The notes below the pieces were generated by a model. That model saw only the letters and a program-made list of their open reading frames with translations. It was not told where the DNA came from and did not search any database. A stretch of DNA of 63,997 bases, filler included, from Saprolegnia diclina VS20 (taxonomy: Eukaryota): NCBI RefSeq assembly GCF_000281045.1. It is 20 parts of 20 records of this genome, joined end to end, with 100 filler letters (N's around TTAATTAATTAA, not from the genome) between each part and the next. Parts side by side here need not be neighbours in the genome. Positions count along the whole stretch, not along the records: positions 33,617 to 35,744 come from NW_008246350.1; positions 35,845 to 38,052 come from NW_008246351.1; positions 38,153 to 42,143 come from NW_008246353.1; positions 42,244 to 46,168 come from NW_008246354.1; 16 more parts are not named here. One strand, given 5' to 3'. Every line of letters starts with the position of its first letter. The stretch's first letter is position 1. Position numbers and translations under genes: made by a program. Shown here piece by piece: positions 33,517 to 46,102 of this stretch.

Positions 33517-34644
33517 NNNNNNNNNNNNNNNNNNNNNNNNNNNNNNNNNNNNNNNNNNNNTTAATTAATTAANNNNNNNNNNNNNNNNNNNNNNNNNNNN
33601 NNNNNNNNNNNNNNNNCTGTAGCCACAGCCGCCGTAGCGGCCATGACCGCCTAGACTACCGCATAGACTACCGCGGGAAATGTAGATAGGGACAAAGGAC
33701 GTGCCAAGCAGTCCATGTTCTTCCTTACACGCGACAGCGCTTTCATCAGCATCTCCCAACGCTCAGCGCGTGACCCACAAGCTGCGACTCGTTGGGTGGA
33801 GGCAAAGCAAGTAGGGTAGTCAAACCGATGGAGCGTGGTCTTGTGCTCGTAAACTCTGCAGCACACGTGGCTGCATCCCTTGTAGCACAACCGACAACCA
33901 CAATCCGTACAATAAGAACCGAGTTGGCACGTGCACCGAGTCGCAGAAGTACCTCTGGCACGCACGGTCCGTACAATTGCAGGCGCGGCCATCACCATTT
34001 GCGTGCACTTCGGACTCTGGTCAAGAGCCTGCCGCTGGCAGAGTTGTCTTCCGCTGCAAGACGCAGGGTGGTCCACACAACTCTGTAGCCCAAGTGCAAT
34101 GCGTGGCACGTGCGCACCGACCTTGCAAAGGGCGGCCTTGACACTCCGCGAGCATCTCTCCGTCCGCAATCAACGGCAATGCAAACTGTACGGCGTGCTG
34201 TACGGTGCTGCATATGCGCAGAATAGTTGATCTGATTCAACCCAGTGTCTGCATTGCACACCGATTTCAAGACACTTTTCGACCACTCAAAGACGGGTGG
34301 ACCGGCACGTGCGCTCCATCAAACAAAGTGCATTTTGGCACTTACGCAGATTGCGCATTGGTTTGTCAGCAAGCGATACGACCGGAGTGGACTGCACAAC
34401 GATCGTCCCCCGTAGCATCAAGTACAGTACAGCAATTGTGTACCGTGCAACACAGATGTTTTGATTCCGACCTATTACAGATCATCCGACTGGCTATGTG
34501 GCCATGGGACCGTCTCTTTGGACGGCGACACGCACGCACGTTATCTACTTGCAGCCAGCATCTCTGCGTGACGCCTTGTGGCACCGTCCATTGCACTTGG
34601 GTGTGTATGAGTCTGCCTTTAGCGCCAGTGATCATTGCTGCAAG

Positions 34645-34658
34645 CCACTTTTCATTTG
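34645..34658 (+). promoter_or_regulatory. Inr+FPR-like core promoter motif
   Basis: CCACTTTTCATTTG ends 13 nt upstream of the PLD ATG. Confidence 0.5.
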
Positions 34659-34671
34659 GCCAAGCACCGCA

Positions 34672-35744
34672 ATGGTCGCCATCTACACATCGTTGAGTCT
34701 GCCACTGCTTTTGCTGGCCGCCCAAGTCGACGCGGATAGCGTCACGTGCACGCGGGACCCGTCGTGGCGCAGTACGTTCAAGAACTGGTGCATGTGCCAG
34801 CCATGCAACCTCTGCGAGTACAAGCTCTTCCGCGGCTGCCGACCGCTGCCCCAAAACCCCACCACGCTCTCGGACGGCTCGGACATACCGCTCAAGCAGC
34901 CGCTGCTATCGTCGAAAGACTGGTTCCTCTCGGAGGACGACATCACAAAGAGCCGCGGTGGCGAGCGTCGGGACCGCCTCGCCGTCTCGACGTCGGGCAA
35001 CCGCGTCAACATCTTTGCCGACACGAGCGCCGCGTTTGCGTCGATGCACAAGGACATTAGCATGGCGAACAAGGCCTACTTTTCGGGCTGGACACTGCAC
35101 GATATTCCGTACCTTCCGCAGATCGACCCGTCCGTGACGTTCAAAAAGACGTGGGCCAAGGCCATTGCCACCAACAACCTCCACGCGCACGGCCTCGTGT
35201 GGGAAAACCTCGTCGAGCTCGGCAAGGTCACCGATATGTTTTCGTGGATGAACACGCTCAACAGCAGCAACTGCCAGAATGTCCAGCTCATGACCGACGA
35301 CCGCATCAACAAGCCGACGGGGTCGCACCACCAAAAGAGCCTCATTCTCACGCGCAACCGCGACATAGTGAGCTACGTTGGCGGCCTCGACCAGTCGCTC
35401 GACCGGTGGGACACCAAGTACCACAACGAGACCGCGCTCCGGAAGCGCACCGGCATCAACGGCGCCAACGACGGCTGGGTCGATGTCCATGCGCGTCTGC
35501 ACGGGCCTGCGACGAAAGACGTGCTCCACAACTTTTTGGACCGGTGGAACGACCCCGTGTACCCGGGCAAACCGTACGGCTGGCCGCTCGTCAAGTCGCC
35601 CGTCAAGATCAGTGATGCGTGGAACGTACCGAAGAAGGCGTTGCCGCCAACCGACATCTTGTCGCAAGTCCAGGTCGATGCTTCCGCCGGCACGCACGAC
35701 GTCCAGATTCTCCGCACGTACAGCTGCAAGTACAAGGGCTACAA
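34672..35744 (+). CDS. Secreted phospholipase D-like protein (N-terminal half)
   Basis: Signal peptide MVAIYTSLSLPLLLLAAQVDA; Cys-rich N-terminus; SHHQKSLIL...YVGGLD; WVDVHARLHGPATKDVLHNFLDRWN; VQILRT. Confidence 0.9.
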
Positions 35745-36995
35745 NNNNNNNNNNNNNNNNNNNNNNNNNNNNNNNNNNNNNNNNNNNNTTAATTAATTAA
35801 NNNNNNNNNNNNNNNNNNNNNNNNNNNNNNNNNNNNNNNNNNNNTTCGCCTGCTTTGGTAGGAGCTGGCGCCTCATGCTTTAGGGATAAATTGTAATGGG
35901 AATTTACGATTCAATCGCCACTCTTCTTTGCATACACCCTTCATGTCGACCCGAGAGAAAATGTAATCCTTGTCAATCGATCGTGGTCGCACATGTGCTT
36001 ATCACGCAAATTCTACACAACGTGATGCTATTCCACACCAGGTGTGCAAAGACTGCATGATGATCATGAACGAGTGCACCGCCGGAATGCCGAGCAAAGT
36101 TTACACGCCAAGATCAGGAGATGACTCTGCCTACCAGTAGTTAGACGTGAAGAGCCGACTCTTGGTACTGGGAAGGAACCAGTACGATGCGAGCGGGCTC
36201 CGAGCCCTCCGCCAGCGCCATGAGTGGGTTGGATCAAGGAAGGATAGGGGACTTTTGGTGGCCTTATTTTTCTAGTTGAGATGTGGATTCTCGGCATCTT
36301 ACAATCTCAAACGGGTGGGACTTTCGGTGGCCTTGAGATGAGCATTTGGGTCCGCTTGCCAGCTCTAACGACGTCTGCAGTCCCAATCAAGGCGTGGACA
36401 CCACTGTTCATGGGATCCATCTACGAGCGTTGAGCGGCGTCGCCCACAAAAAGGAACTGGGCGTTGCTTGGCTTGTGCTCCCTGGACCCACTACCGGTAC
36501 AACAATGGGTCAAAAAAGATCTGGAATTGGAGGAAGTCGCCACGCTCGCGCAGCTTGGGTGTCAGTCAGTGAGCACCATCTCGATTGAAGGCGCCGTCAG
36601 GACGGCGGCTCACGTTTGAAACGAGGTCATTGCGGTCATTGCTAGCTTTCACGCGCAGGGCGGGTACCGGTAACGTTGGGATGGACAGGGGATGGACAGG
36701 TGCAGATGGAAAACCTATTTCTCTTTCACGATAGGATCCACCATCCGAGAAAATACGAAATAGGACGTATGTATATTGGAGATGCTTTTACCGTAGTGCC
36801 CGTGGCCACCTCGTCGGAAGCTTCGGTGGGTCGCTGGATGGCAGCAGGCAGACACCACTGCTTTTATGTAATCCGCATGCATTATCCCGACACTGCTGAT
36901 AGTGAAGTGGATGTTTTTGTATTGGCCAATCGGTCCTGACAACCGCCTCTGAACGGAATTCGTAGCAGCAATTCACTTTGCAAACTGTCAGCGAG

Positions 36996-37559
36996 ATGAA
37001 GGCGCCGTCCATTCGCCTCGCGACAGTTCTCGTGAGCATTCTCGGCCGCTGTGTCGCGGACGAGCACTCAGCGTGCCTGCCTGATTCGACGCCCGCCCCG
37101 ACGGCTGCGCCAACGCTCGCCCCGACGGCTGCACCAACGCCCGCCCCGACGGCTGCACCAACGCCCAAGCCGCTCGGATGCCCATTCGTCAACACCGCGG
37201 TTTACATAAAGTTGACTGCAGTCGACCAATCTGGGAAATGGGATTGCACCGGCGACAACCTCGTGGCTTCCCTCACCAACGTAGGCAATACATGGGTATT
37301 TCTTGCCCAAGGCAACGGGTTCGTGATTTCGCCCACGCGCGACCATACGTACACGTATTGCGTCCCCGATGGCGATCGACTTCGATGCAACGGCGAATTC
37401 AAAGACGCCGCCATTTTCAAGTGCATCGATGGCGACGATGGCAACGTTGCGATCCAGGTCGACGGAAGATACGTCACGGCCGCTGCCAATGCGCTCGTCT
37501 TGAAGCCCAGAAACGACACGCTCAGCAGCGACCAGCAATGGATCCCCTCCGGCTGGTGA
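36996..37559 (+). CDS. Small secreted protein: (PTAA)n linker plus probable beta-trefoil (fascin/ricin-like) domain
   Basis: Hydrophobic N-terminus; APTAAPT repeats; FKCIDGDDGNVAIQVDGRYVTA; terminal QQW; Inr-like TCACTTTGCAA at ~36973. Confidence 0.7.
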   Translation: MKAPSIRLATVLVSILGRCVADEHSACLPDSTPAPTAAPTLAPTAAPTPAPTAAPTPKPLGCPFVNTAVYIKLTAVDQSGKWDCTGDNLVASLTNVGNTWVFLAQGNGFVISPTRDHTYTYCVPDGDRLRCNGEFKDAAIFKCIDGDDGNVAIQVDGRYVTAAANALVLKPRNDTLSSDQQWIPSGW

Positions 37560-38152
37560 ACACAGCGAGACCGAGCGACGGTAGAGTAATGTCTAAGTGA
37601 ACGGGCTGTTAAAAGTGCTTCGCAGGCGTGTGTACATCGGTCGTCCCCATGATAGTATGACCTGCAGCATTGATAGTCCACTTTGGAGCGCCGACACCAC
37701 GAGAGGACTGCAGTACAGGTTTGTGCTACGCAGCGCGGTACGGCAATTGCAACGTGAGCGTTCTTCCGATTACGGATGGTCGGCGCGTAACTTGTGCACC
37801 TCCTCACGCACACTTTCCGCACGGCGCCCTCGGCCCCGTCATATAGAGCGGTTAGGTTCGCATCCTTGGTTGGATCGCGCTTCGCGCGGTGCTGGATCCG
37901 TCCATTAACATGACAACAGGCCCCGCAATCGGATTGGTTGAAAAGTATCGCTTTTCGCTAGGTTGGGACGCATCCATTGGCTGAAAACCCACCATCGGTC
38001 GACGGCTGGTTAATTTGCCGATTGGATCGAATGGAAACCGAGGTCGAGAACGNNNNNNNNNNNNNNNNNNNNNNNNNNNNNNNNNNNNNNNNNNNNTTAA
38101 TTAATTAANNNNNNNNNNNNNNNNNNNNNNNNNNNNNNNNNNNNNNNNNNNN

Positions 38153-41100
38153 AACTGCGCCACCGACGACTGCGCCAACAACGACCGCGCCACCAACGAC
38201 TGCGCCACCAACAACTGCGCCAACGACGACCGCGCCAACGACGACTGCGCCAACGACGCCTGTCCCGCAGATTACGGAGCGACTATTCGACTCGTGTGGG
38301 TAAGTACATCGTACTTCATAAAGGCTCTCTTTTCCAAGGCGTTCTGAATGTTCTGCCGTAGGTTTGACGAGCCCTTCTTCGCTGGCATCCAGCCCGTGAA
38401 TCGTCGCCTCGAACTTTCAGAGGAGGTCGACAACAACGAAGTGGTCACAGCGCCGCCGCCAGCTCAACGTGACGACAACGATGAGGTACCAGTGTCCACA
38501 GTGTAAATCATCATATGCGTTCTTATATACGTTGTCATACTAACGATTCATACTTTCTAGCTTCAACATCGAGGCTCGTCGAGCAACACTTCGCCTTGAA
38601 CTCGCACAAGGGCCAGACGCTGGCGATAACAGCACTCCGCCAATGTCACCGTACACACCAAATTAAATGTGCATCATGACTCATTGTTGCACTAGACCTC
38701 GACGAGCTCGCGCCCCGGTGCTGCCGGCGATAGAGCCGCGGTCGAAACGCGCAAAAAAACACAACAAGATGTACAAACTCCTTCACGAGCTTGCCACAAG
38801 GCTCCAGCACTACGGCGTGGCGTTTTTCCGCAACTTGGATGCCACCGGCGAAGTCGACTTTGAGTGTCTGGGACGTGTCCGCGAGCTCATTCCCGACGAG
38901 CTCTGGGAGCATTTTAACGGCATGACTCGACCGTCGCGACCAAGGAAGACAAAAGGCGCGGACCGAAGCACCCGGCAAGGCAGTTCGCAACGAGGCGGGC
39001 ATGACGGCGACCGCCTCGGCGAGGAGGGTGACGAAGAAGCCAACATAGAAGTCATCGTCTTGGTTGCACAAGCAGCGATGATCCACAACCAAAAAGCGAA
39101 CTTTGTGCACAAGATCGTCACGCTCTTCAACTATCTGAAAGGCAGTAGCGAGTTTCAGCTCAATAGCCTGAGCAAGCTCGGCCTCGGTATGATCATTCTT
39201 GTCGATTGAACTGCATAAGAACGCGTATAGGGACGACGAAACAAACAGTCCATGGAACGTGCAAGCTGCTTCTCAAGAGCCGCGACGGCAACATCAAGAT
39301 GGAGGGGTTCGTGGTCTTCGGCGTGGACGATTTGACTCGCTTCCTCCATTTCGAACGCATACGTCCGAACGGTAGCACGTACTGCGCCATCAAGCTCGTC
39401 GTTTGCGTCATCAACGCGGTACCGCTGTCGTCGCCGGTGCCTCGGGATCTCTCTAAGCCACCGAATCCACCCACGTTTTGCTCCGTGGAGTGTCTCACGG
39501 TGGCGGGTCTCTTCGACGACAGCGTGGCCAAGATCGGTCATTTCCTCCCGTGGTACACGGCGCGCTACCCAAGCAAGGGCCCACGCAACGACCGTTACGG
39601 CTTTGAACTCTACCAGTACACGGACGCGAACGAGCGTTGGCACTCGGATTACCTCAGCGGCCTACGACTGCTGCGGATCAACGAGAGCGATTTCAAGTCC
39701 ATCCGCCACGCACTTCTCCAGTTTCGCAGCTGCCTCGCTGTCGAGGCGTTTGACGCCTACTTGAATGACAACATCATGATGCTCCCCGGCGACTACTGGG
39801 CTCAGTACACGTTCAAGAAGCTCATCATGATTTGCCGATTGCCCGAGATCGAGCGCCGAGAAGTGCTCGCGACGTGGATGCCCGAGGACGAGTTTCCGAC
39901 CGAAACCGAGATTGCACGCCTCGAGAACGTGGTTCCCATCAATGGCCTCTTGCACATCAGCTTGACGCTCTTGGAAGCCGTGTGCCAGACGTTTGACCCG
40001 CTCATCAGGTACTTGTGGCCCCAGATCGCGCCGAACCAGAAGCTTCGGCAGACGCTCAGCCACGCCGAGATGATCGTTTGCGCCGAGGTGCTGCTTGGTG
40101 GCTACGCTCTCCTTCGCGACGATCTTGGTCGGCACCGGCGACGATGCAAAACCGCTGCTCTCGACTATCTCGTTCACTTTTTTGAGCACTTGCTGCCTCT
40201 TGCCGTCGTCTTCTACGAGAAGTTCGTGCGTAGCGAGTGCCATCTCGACTTGCTGCAAGCGATCATGCCCCACGTCGCTTTGGCCTTTGTCTTCCTCAAT
40301 CGAACCCACTACAAGATCTCGACTTTGGAGTGGATCAGTCAGATTGAGCACATCCGGAAGAGCAACGTTCTGCTCTTCAACGCCATGCAGAATCACACAC
40401 GCTGGCTTCTCGACGAGTATATGGTCGAGCACCAGAACGGTGTGATTGCTCGGAACACGAAGCACGCGACGACAGTGCACGAGTTCATCCGCAGCGGCTA
40501 CCTTGGCGACGTTCTCGGCGAGACGACAGCGGCGATCATGGCGAAAGTGCAAGGTAATCCACGGGCTCGGACGACACGCACCGACTTGACGCCACTTCAA
40601 AACAACGCTGCGCTGGCTATCATCAAGGTGTTTGAAGCTGCCCGCGATCCAAAGCAGCTGACCGCCTCAGTTCGATGGAACAGCAAGAAAGAGCGATGGG
40701 TCTGCGAAGCGATCTACGCACAGTTTCTTGAAGGTGCAGACATCAAGTTGAAGTCAATGCCCGCGGTGTACCACCTCCTCGAGAAATCAGGTACCGGCAA
40801 GCTGTATATGGTGATGCCTTGCGAAGATGCTGCTGCTGCTGCCGTCGCTGCTGCTGCCGCTGCCGCTTTTCCTACGGCCGCTGCCGGTGCTCCCGCTTCT
40901 CCTGCCGGAGCTCCCGCCGCTGCTCCTGCTCCTGCCGCCGCTGCTACGACCGCCGCTGCTCCTGCCCCCGCTCCTTCCGCAACGACCACGACGGCAGCGA
41001 CTGCTTCTCTTGCCGCGTCTAAGACAACCCGGAGCAAGCGACGCCGACTCGCCCCCAGCAAAAAATCCCAGATGGACACCACGTTGCTTGAGTTTACTCG

Positions 41101-41344
41101 GTACCGAGTACCAGACCAAGATTTCGTGTTTGAGTTTGTCCAAACGATCGTCGAGGCCCTTGTCGACAAATCTGGCGACGCGTACACTGCACCGAAAAAA
41201 CAAGCTATCGTTTGTCCCGATGAACCAAGGGTGCCAACAGAGCCTGCTCGCAACGAGCCGCAAGCGCCCATGCCATGTCTTGAAAGTTCCAGGATTGCGT
41301 TGGAGGAGGCACTTCGTAAAGTCCGCAGCTTCTCTCATTTGTAA
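38153..41344 (+). CDS. Spliced putative DDE transposase (5' truncated)
   Basis: Short GT-AG introns (e.g. 38300-38361, 39187-39230 joining LSKLGL-G-TTKQTV); motifs FGVDD, LPGDY, VVPINGLLHISL, RTHYK, DEYMVEHQN; C-terminal basic KRRR. Confidence 0.7.
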
Positions 41345-42011
41345 GAGCATTAACAAGCACAACCATTCTTAACGATTCGTGGAGTTGTTCGTGGGCCAAA
41401 GCCAAAGAGAGCATTGGTTCCTGCGCCGTTGGAGCTATTCGTCATGGCCAAGGGCAGGCATCATTTGGAGGGTCACTTGGGTTCAGCAGCTTGCACTGGG
41501 ATAGAGACCGAACGCTAAGAGTACTCGAACAGCGGGCCTACACGGCCAGCCACCACATAAGGCCAGCGCGGCGCAGGAGAATGTTGCGCACCTGGCGACT
41601 GCCGCGAGCTACAGCAATCATTCTGGTCGTTTCATAGCGGCGCTCAGCTGTGGCGCTCGGGACGCTGCGGACGGCGTGGAATATGGATGACGACAGCAAG
41701 CGGCGTTTCGTCACGCAGAGTCAGTTCGCAGCCGTTTCCACCTGTCAACGAGGCAAAAGAGACCCTGAGATGGTCGGGCCTTGGGGCTCTCGTCGTTTGG
41801 GTGTCGGCCTTTTGTCGAGTCGAGCGGTGGGTCCTTGGACCGACATGAGTGCGCAGTTCTGCGCTCCCTTTTCGATTTTGATTTGCTAAAATATTTGACC
41901 AATCAGACGCCGTGGTATTAATTTCGGCAGCTAATTTCGGCAGAGTGGCACGTAACTTCGAACTACGATTGAGCATAGTTAATACCAAGTGTGTCGTTTT
42001 TGCTACCTGCT
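38153..42011 (+). mobile_element. Putative DNA transposon (Academ/DUF6589-like), copy A, left end missing
   Basis: No difference noticed versus 42244-46102 (all ORF translations match); flanks differ after ...TTTTTGCTACCTGCT; encodes a transposase-like protein. Confidence 0.65.
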
Positions 42012-42243
42012 GTCCGTGCTTCAATGTGGCAGATTCTCACGATGTGCTGCAGTTCTCGCAATATGCCGAATTTAATAATGTAACCGGCGTCCGGATACGC
42101 TGCTGCTGGCCCATTTGCCGATGTCCTTTTACCTTGTGAGCGANNNNNNNNNNNNNNNNNNNNNNNNNNNNNNNNNNNNNNNNNNNNTTAATTAATTAAN
42201 NNNNNNNNNNNNNNNNNNNNNNNNNNNNNNNNNNNNNNNNNNN

Positions 42244-45200
42244 AACTGCGCCACCGACGACTGCGCCAACAACGACCGCGCCACCAACGACTGCGCCACC
42301 AACAACTGCGCCAACGACGACCGCGCCAACGACGACTGCGCCAACGACGCCTGTCCCGCAGATTACGGAGCGACTATTCGACTCGTGTGGGTAAGTACAT
42401 CGTACTTCATAAAGGCTCTCTTTTCCAAGGCGTTCTGAATGTTCTGCCGTAGGTTTGACGAGCCCTTCTTCGCTGGCATCCAGCCCGTGAATCGTCGCCT
42501 CGAACTTTCAGAGGAGGTCGACAACAACGAAGTGGTCACAGCGCCGCCGCCAGCTCAACGTGACGACAACGATGAGGTACCAGTGTCCACAGTGTAAATC
42601 ATCATATGCGTTCTTATATACGTTGTCATACTAACGATTCATACTTTCTAGCTTCAACATCGAGGCTCGTCGAGCAACACTTCGCCTTGAACTCGCACAA
42701 GGGCCAGACGCTGGCGATAACAGCACTCCGCCAATGTCACCGTACACACCAAATTAAATGTGCATCATGACTCATTGTTGCACTAGACCTCGACGAGCTC
42801 GCGCCCCGGTGCTGCCGGCGATAGAGCCGCGGTCGAAACGCGCAAAAAAACACAACAAGATGTACAAACTCCTTCACGAGCTTGCCACAAGGCTCCAGCA
42901 CTACGGCGTGGCGTTTTTCCGCAACTTGGATGCCACCGGCGAAGTCGACTTTGAGTGTCTGGGACGTGTCCGCGAGCTCATTCCCGACGAGCTCTGGGAG
43001 CATTTTAACGGCATGACTCGACCGTCGCGACCAAGGAAGACAAAAGGCGCGGACCGAAGCACCCGGCAAGGCAGTTCGCAACGAGGCGGGCATGACGGCG
43101 ACCGCCTCGGCGAGGAGGGTGACGAAGAAGCCAACATAGAAGTCATCGTCTTGGTTGCACAAGCAGCGATGATCCACAACCAAAAAGCGAACTTTGTGCA
43201 CAAGATCGTCACGCTCTTCAACTATCTGAAAGGCAGTAGCGAGTTTCAGCTCAATAGCCTGAGCAAGCTCGGCCTCGGTATGATCATTCTTGTCGATTGA
43301 ACTGCATAAGAACGCGTATAGGGACGACGAAACAAACAGTCCATGGAACGTGCAAGCTGCTTCTCAAGAGCCGCGACGGCAACATCAAGATGGAGGGGTT
43401 CGTGGTCTTCGGCGTGGACGATTTGACTCGCTTCCTCCATTTCGAACGCATACGTCCGAACGGTAGCACGTACTGCGCCATCAAGCTCGTCGTTTGCGTC
43501 ATCAACGCGGTACCGCTGTCGTCGCCGGTGCCTCGGGATCTCTCTAAGCCACCGAATCCACCCACGTTTTGCTCCGTGGAGTGTCTCACGGTGGCGGGTC
43601 TCTTCGACGACAGCGTGGCCAAGATCGGTCATTTCCTCCCGTGGTACACGGCGCGCTACCCAAGCAAGGGCCCACGCAACGACCGTTACGGCTTTGAACT
43701 CTACCAGTACACGGACGCGAACGAGCGTTGGCACTCGGATTACCTCAGCGGCCTACGACTGCTGCGGATCAACGAGAGCGATTTCAAGTCCATCCGCCAC
43801 GCACTTCTCCAGTTTCGCAGCTGCCTCGCTGTCGAGGCGTTTGACGCCTACTTGAATGACAACATCATGATGCTCCCCGGCGACTACTGGGCTCAGTACA
43901 CGTTCAAGAAGCTCATCATGATTTGCCGATTGCCCGAGATCGAGCGCCGAGAAGTGCTCGCGACGTGGATGCCCGAGGACGAGTTTCCGACCGAAACCGA
44001 GATTGCACGCCTCGAGAACGTGGTTCCCATCAATGGCCTCTTGCACATCAGCTTGACGCTCTTGGAAGCCGTGTGCCAGACGTTTGACCCGCTCATCAGG
44101 TACTTGTGGCCCCAGATCGCGCCGAACCAGAAGCTTCGGCAGACGCTCAGCCACGCCGAGATGATCGTTTGCGCCGAGGTGCTGCTTGGTGGCTACGCTC
44201 TCCTTCGCGACGATCTTGGTCGGCACCGGCGACGATGCAAAACCGCTGCTCTCGACTATCTCGTTCACTTTTTTGAGCACTTGCTGCCTCTTGCCGTCGT
44301 CTTCTACGAGAAGTTCGTGCGTAGCGAGTGCCATCTCGACTTGCTGCAAGCGATCATGCCCCACGTCGCTTTGGCCTTTGTCTTCCTCAATCGAACCCAC
44401 TACAAGATCTCGACTTTGGAGTGGATCAGTCAGATTGAGCACATCCGGAAGAGCAACGTTCTGCTCTTCAACGCCATGCAGAATCACACACGCTGGCTTC
44501 TCGACGAGTATATGGTCGAGCACCAGAACGGTGTGATTGCTCGGAACACGAAGCACGCGACGACAGTGCACGAGTTCATCCGCAGCGGCTACCTTGGCGA
44601 CGTTCTCGGCGAGACGACAGCGGCGATCATGGCGAAAGTGCAAGGTAATCCACGGGCTCGGACGACACGCACCGACTTGACGCCACTTCAAAACAACGCT
44701 GCGCTGGCTATCATCAAGGTGTTTGAAGCTGCCCGCGATCCAAAGCAGCTGACCGCCTCAGTTCGATGGAACAGCAAGAAAGAGCGATGGGTCTGCGAAG
44801 CGATCTACGCACAGTTTCTTGAAGGTGCAGACATCAAGTTGAAGTCAATGCCCGCGGTGTACCACCTCCTCGAGAAATCAGGTACCGGCAAGCTGTATAT
44901 GGTGATGCCTTGCGAAGATGCTGCTGCTGCTGCCGTCGCTGCTGCTGCCGCTGCCGCTTTTCCTACGGCCGCTGCCGGTGCTCCCGCTTCTCCTGCCGGA
45001 GCTCCCGCCGCTGCTCCTGCTCCTGCCGCCGCTGCTACGACCGCCGCTGCTCCTGCCCCCGCTCCTTCCGCAACGACCACGACGGCAGCGACTGCTTCTC
45101 TTGCCGCGTCTAAGACAACCCGGAGCAAGCGACGCCGACTCGCCCCCAGCAAAAAATCCCAGATGGACACCACGTTGCTTGAGTTTACTCGGTACCGAGT

Positions 45201-45435
45201 ACCAGACCAAGATTTCGTGTTTGAGTTTGTCCAAACGATCGTCGAGGCCCTTGTCGACAAATCTGGCGACGCGTACACTGCACCGAAAAAACAAGCTATC
45301 GTTTGTCCCGATGAACCAAGGGTGCCAACAGAGCCTGCTCGCAACGAGCCGCAAGCGCCCATGCCATGTCTTGAAAGTTCCAGGATTGCGTTGGAGGAGG
45401 CACTTCGTAAAGTCCGCAGCTTCTCTCATTTGTAA
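42244..45435 (+). CDS. Spliced putative DDE transposase, copy B
   Basis: Same 712-aa and 180-aa ORFs as copy A; intron 43278-43321. Confidence 0.7.
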
Positions 45436-46102
45436 GAGCATTAACAAGCACAACCATTCTTAACGATTCGTGGAGTTGTTCGTGGGCCAAAGCCAAAGAG
45501 AGCATTGGTTCCTGCGCCGTTGGAGCTATTCGTCATGGCCAAGGGCAGGCATCATTTGGAGGGTCACTTGGGTTCAGCAGCTTGCACTGGGATAGAGACC
45601 GAACGCTAAGAGTACTCGAACAGCGGGCCTACACGGCCAGCCACCACATAAGGCCAGCGCGGCGCAGGAGAATGTTGCGCACCTGGCGACTGCCGCGAGC
45701 TACAGCAATCATTCTGGTCGTTTCATAGCGGCGCTCAGCTGTGGCGCTCGGGACGCTGCGGACGGCGTGGAATATGGATGACGACAGCAAGCGGCGTTTC
45801 GTCACGCAGAGTCAGTTCGCAGCCGTTTCCACCTGTCAACGAGGCAAAAGAGACCCTGAGATGGTCGGGCCTTGGGGCTCTCGTCGTTTGGGTGTCGGCC
45901 TTTTGTCGAGTCGAGCGGTGGGTCCTTGGACCGACATGAGTGCGCAGTTCTGCGCTCCCTTTTCGATTTTGATTTGCTAAAATATTTGACCAATCAGACG
46001 CCGTGGTATTAATTTCGGCAGCTAATTTCGGCAGAGTGGCACGTAACTTCGAACTACGATTGAGCATAGTTAATACCAAGTGTGTCGTTTTTGCTACCTG
46101 CT
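42244..46102 (+). mobile_element. Putative DNA transposon (Academ/DUF6589-like), copy B
   Basis: Repeat of 38153-42011 at offset 4091 with a different right flank. Confidence 0.65.

Noticed and set aside
36248..36336. Two copies of GGGACTTTYGGTGGCCTT about 70 bp apart
   Set aside because: Only two units and no associated genes; insufficient for an array or ncRNA call.
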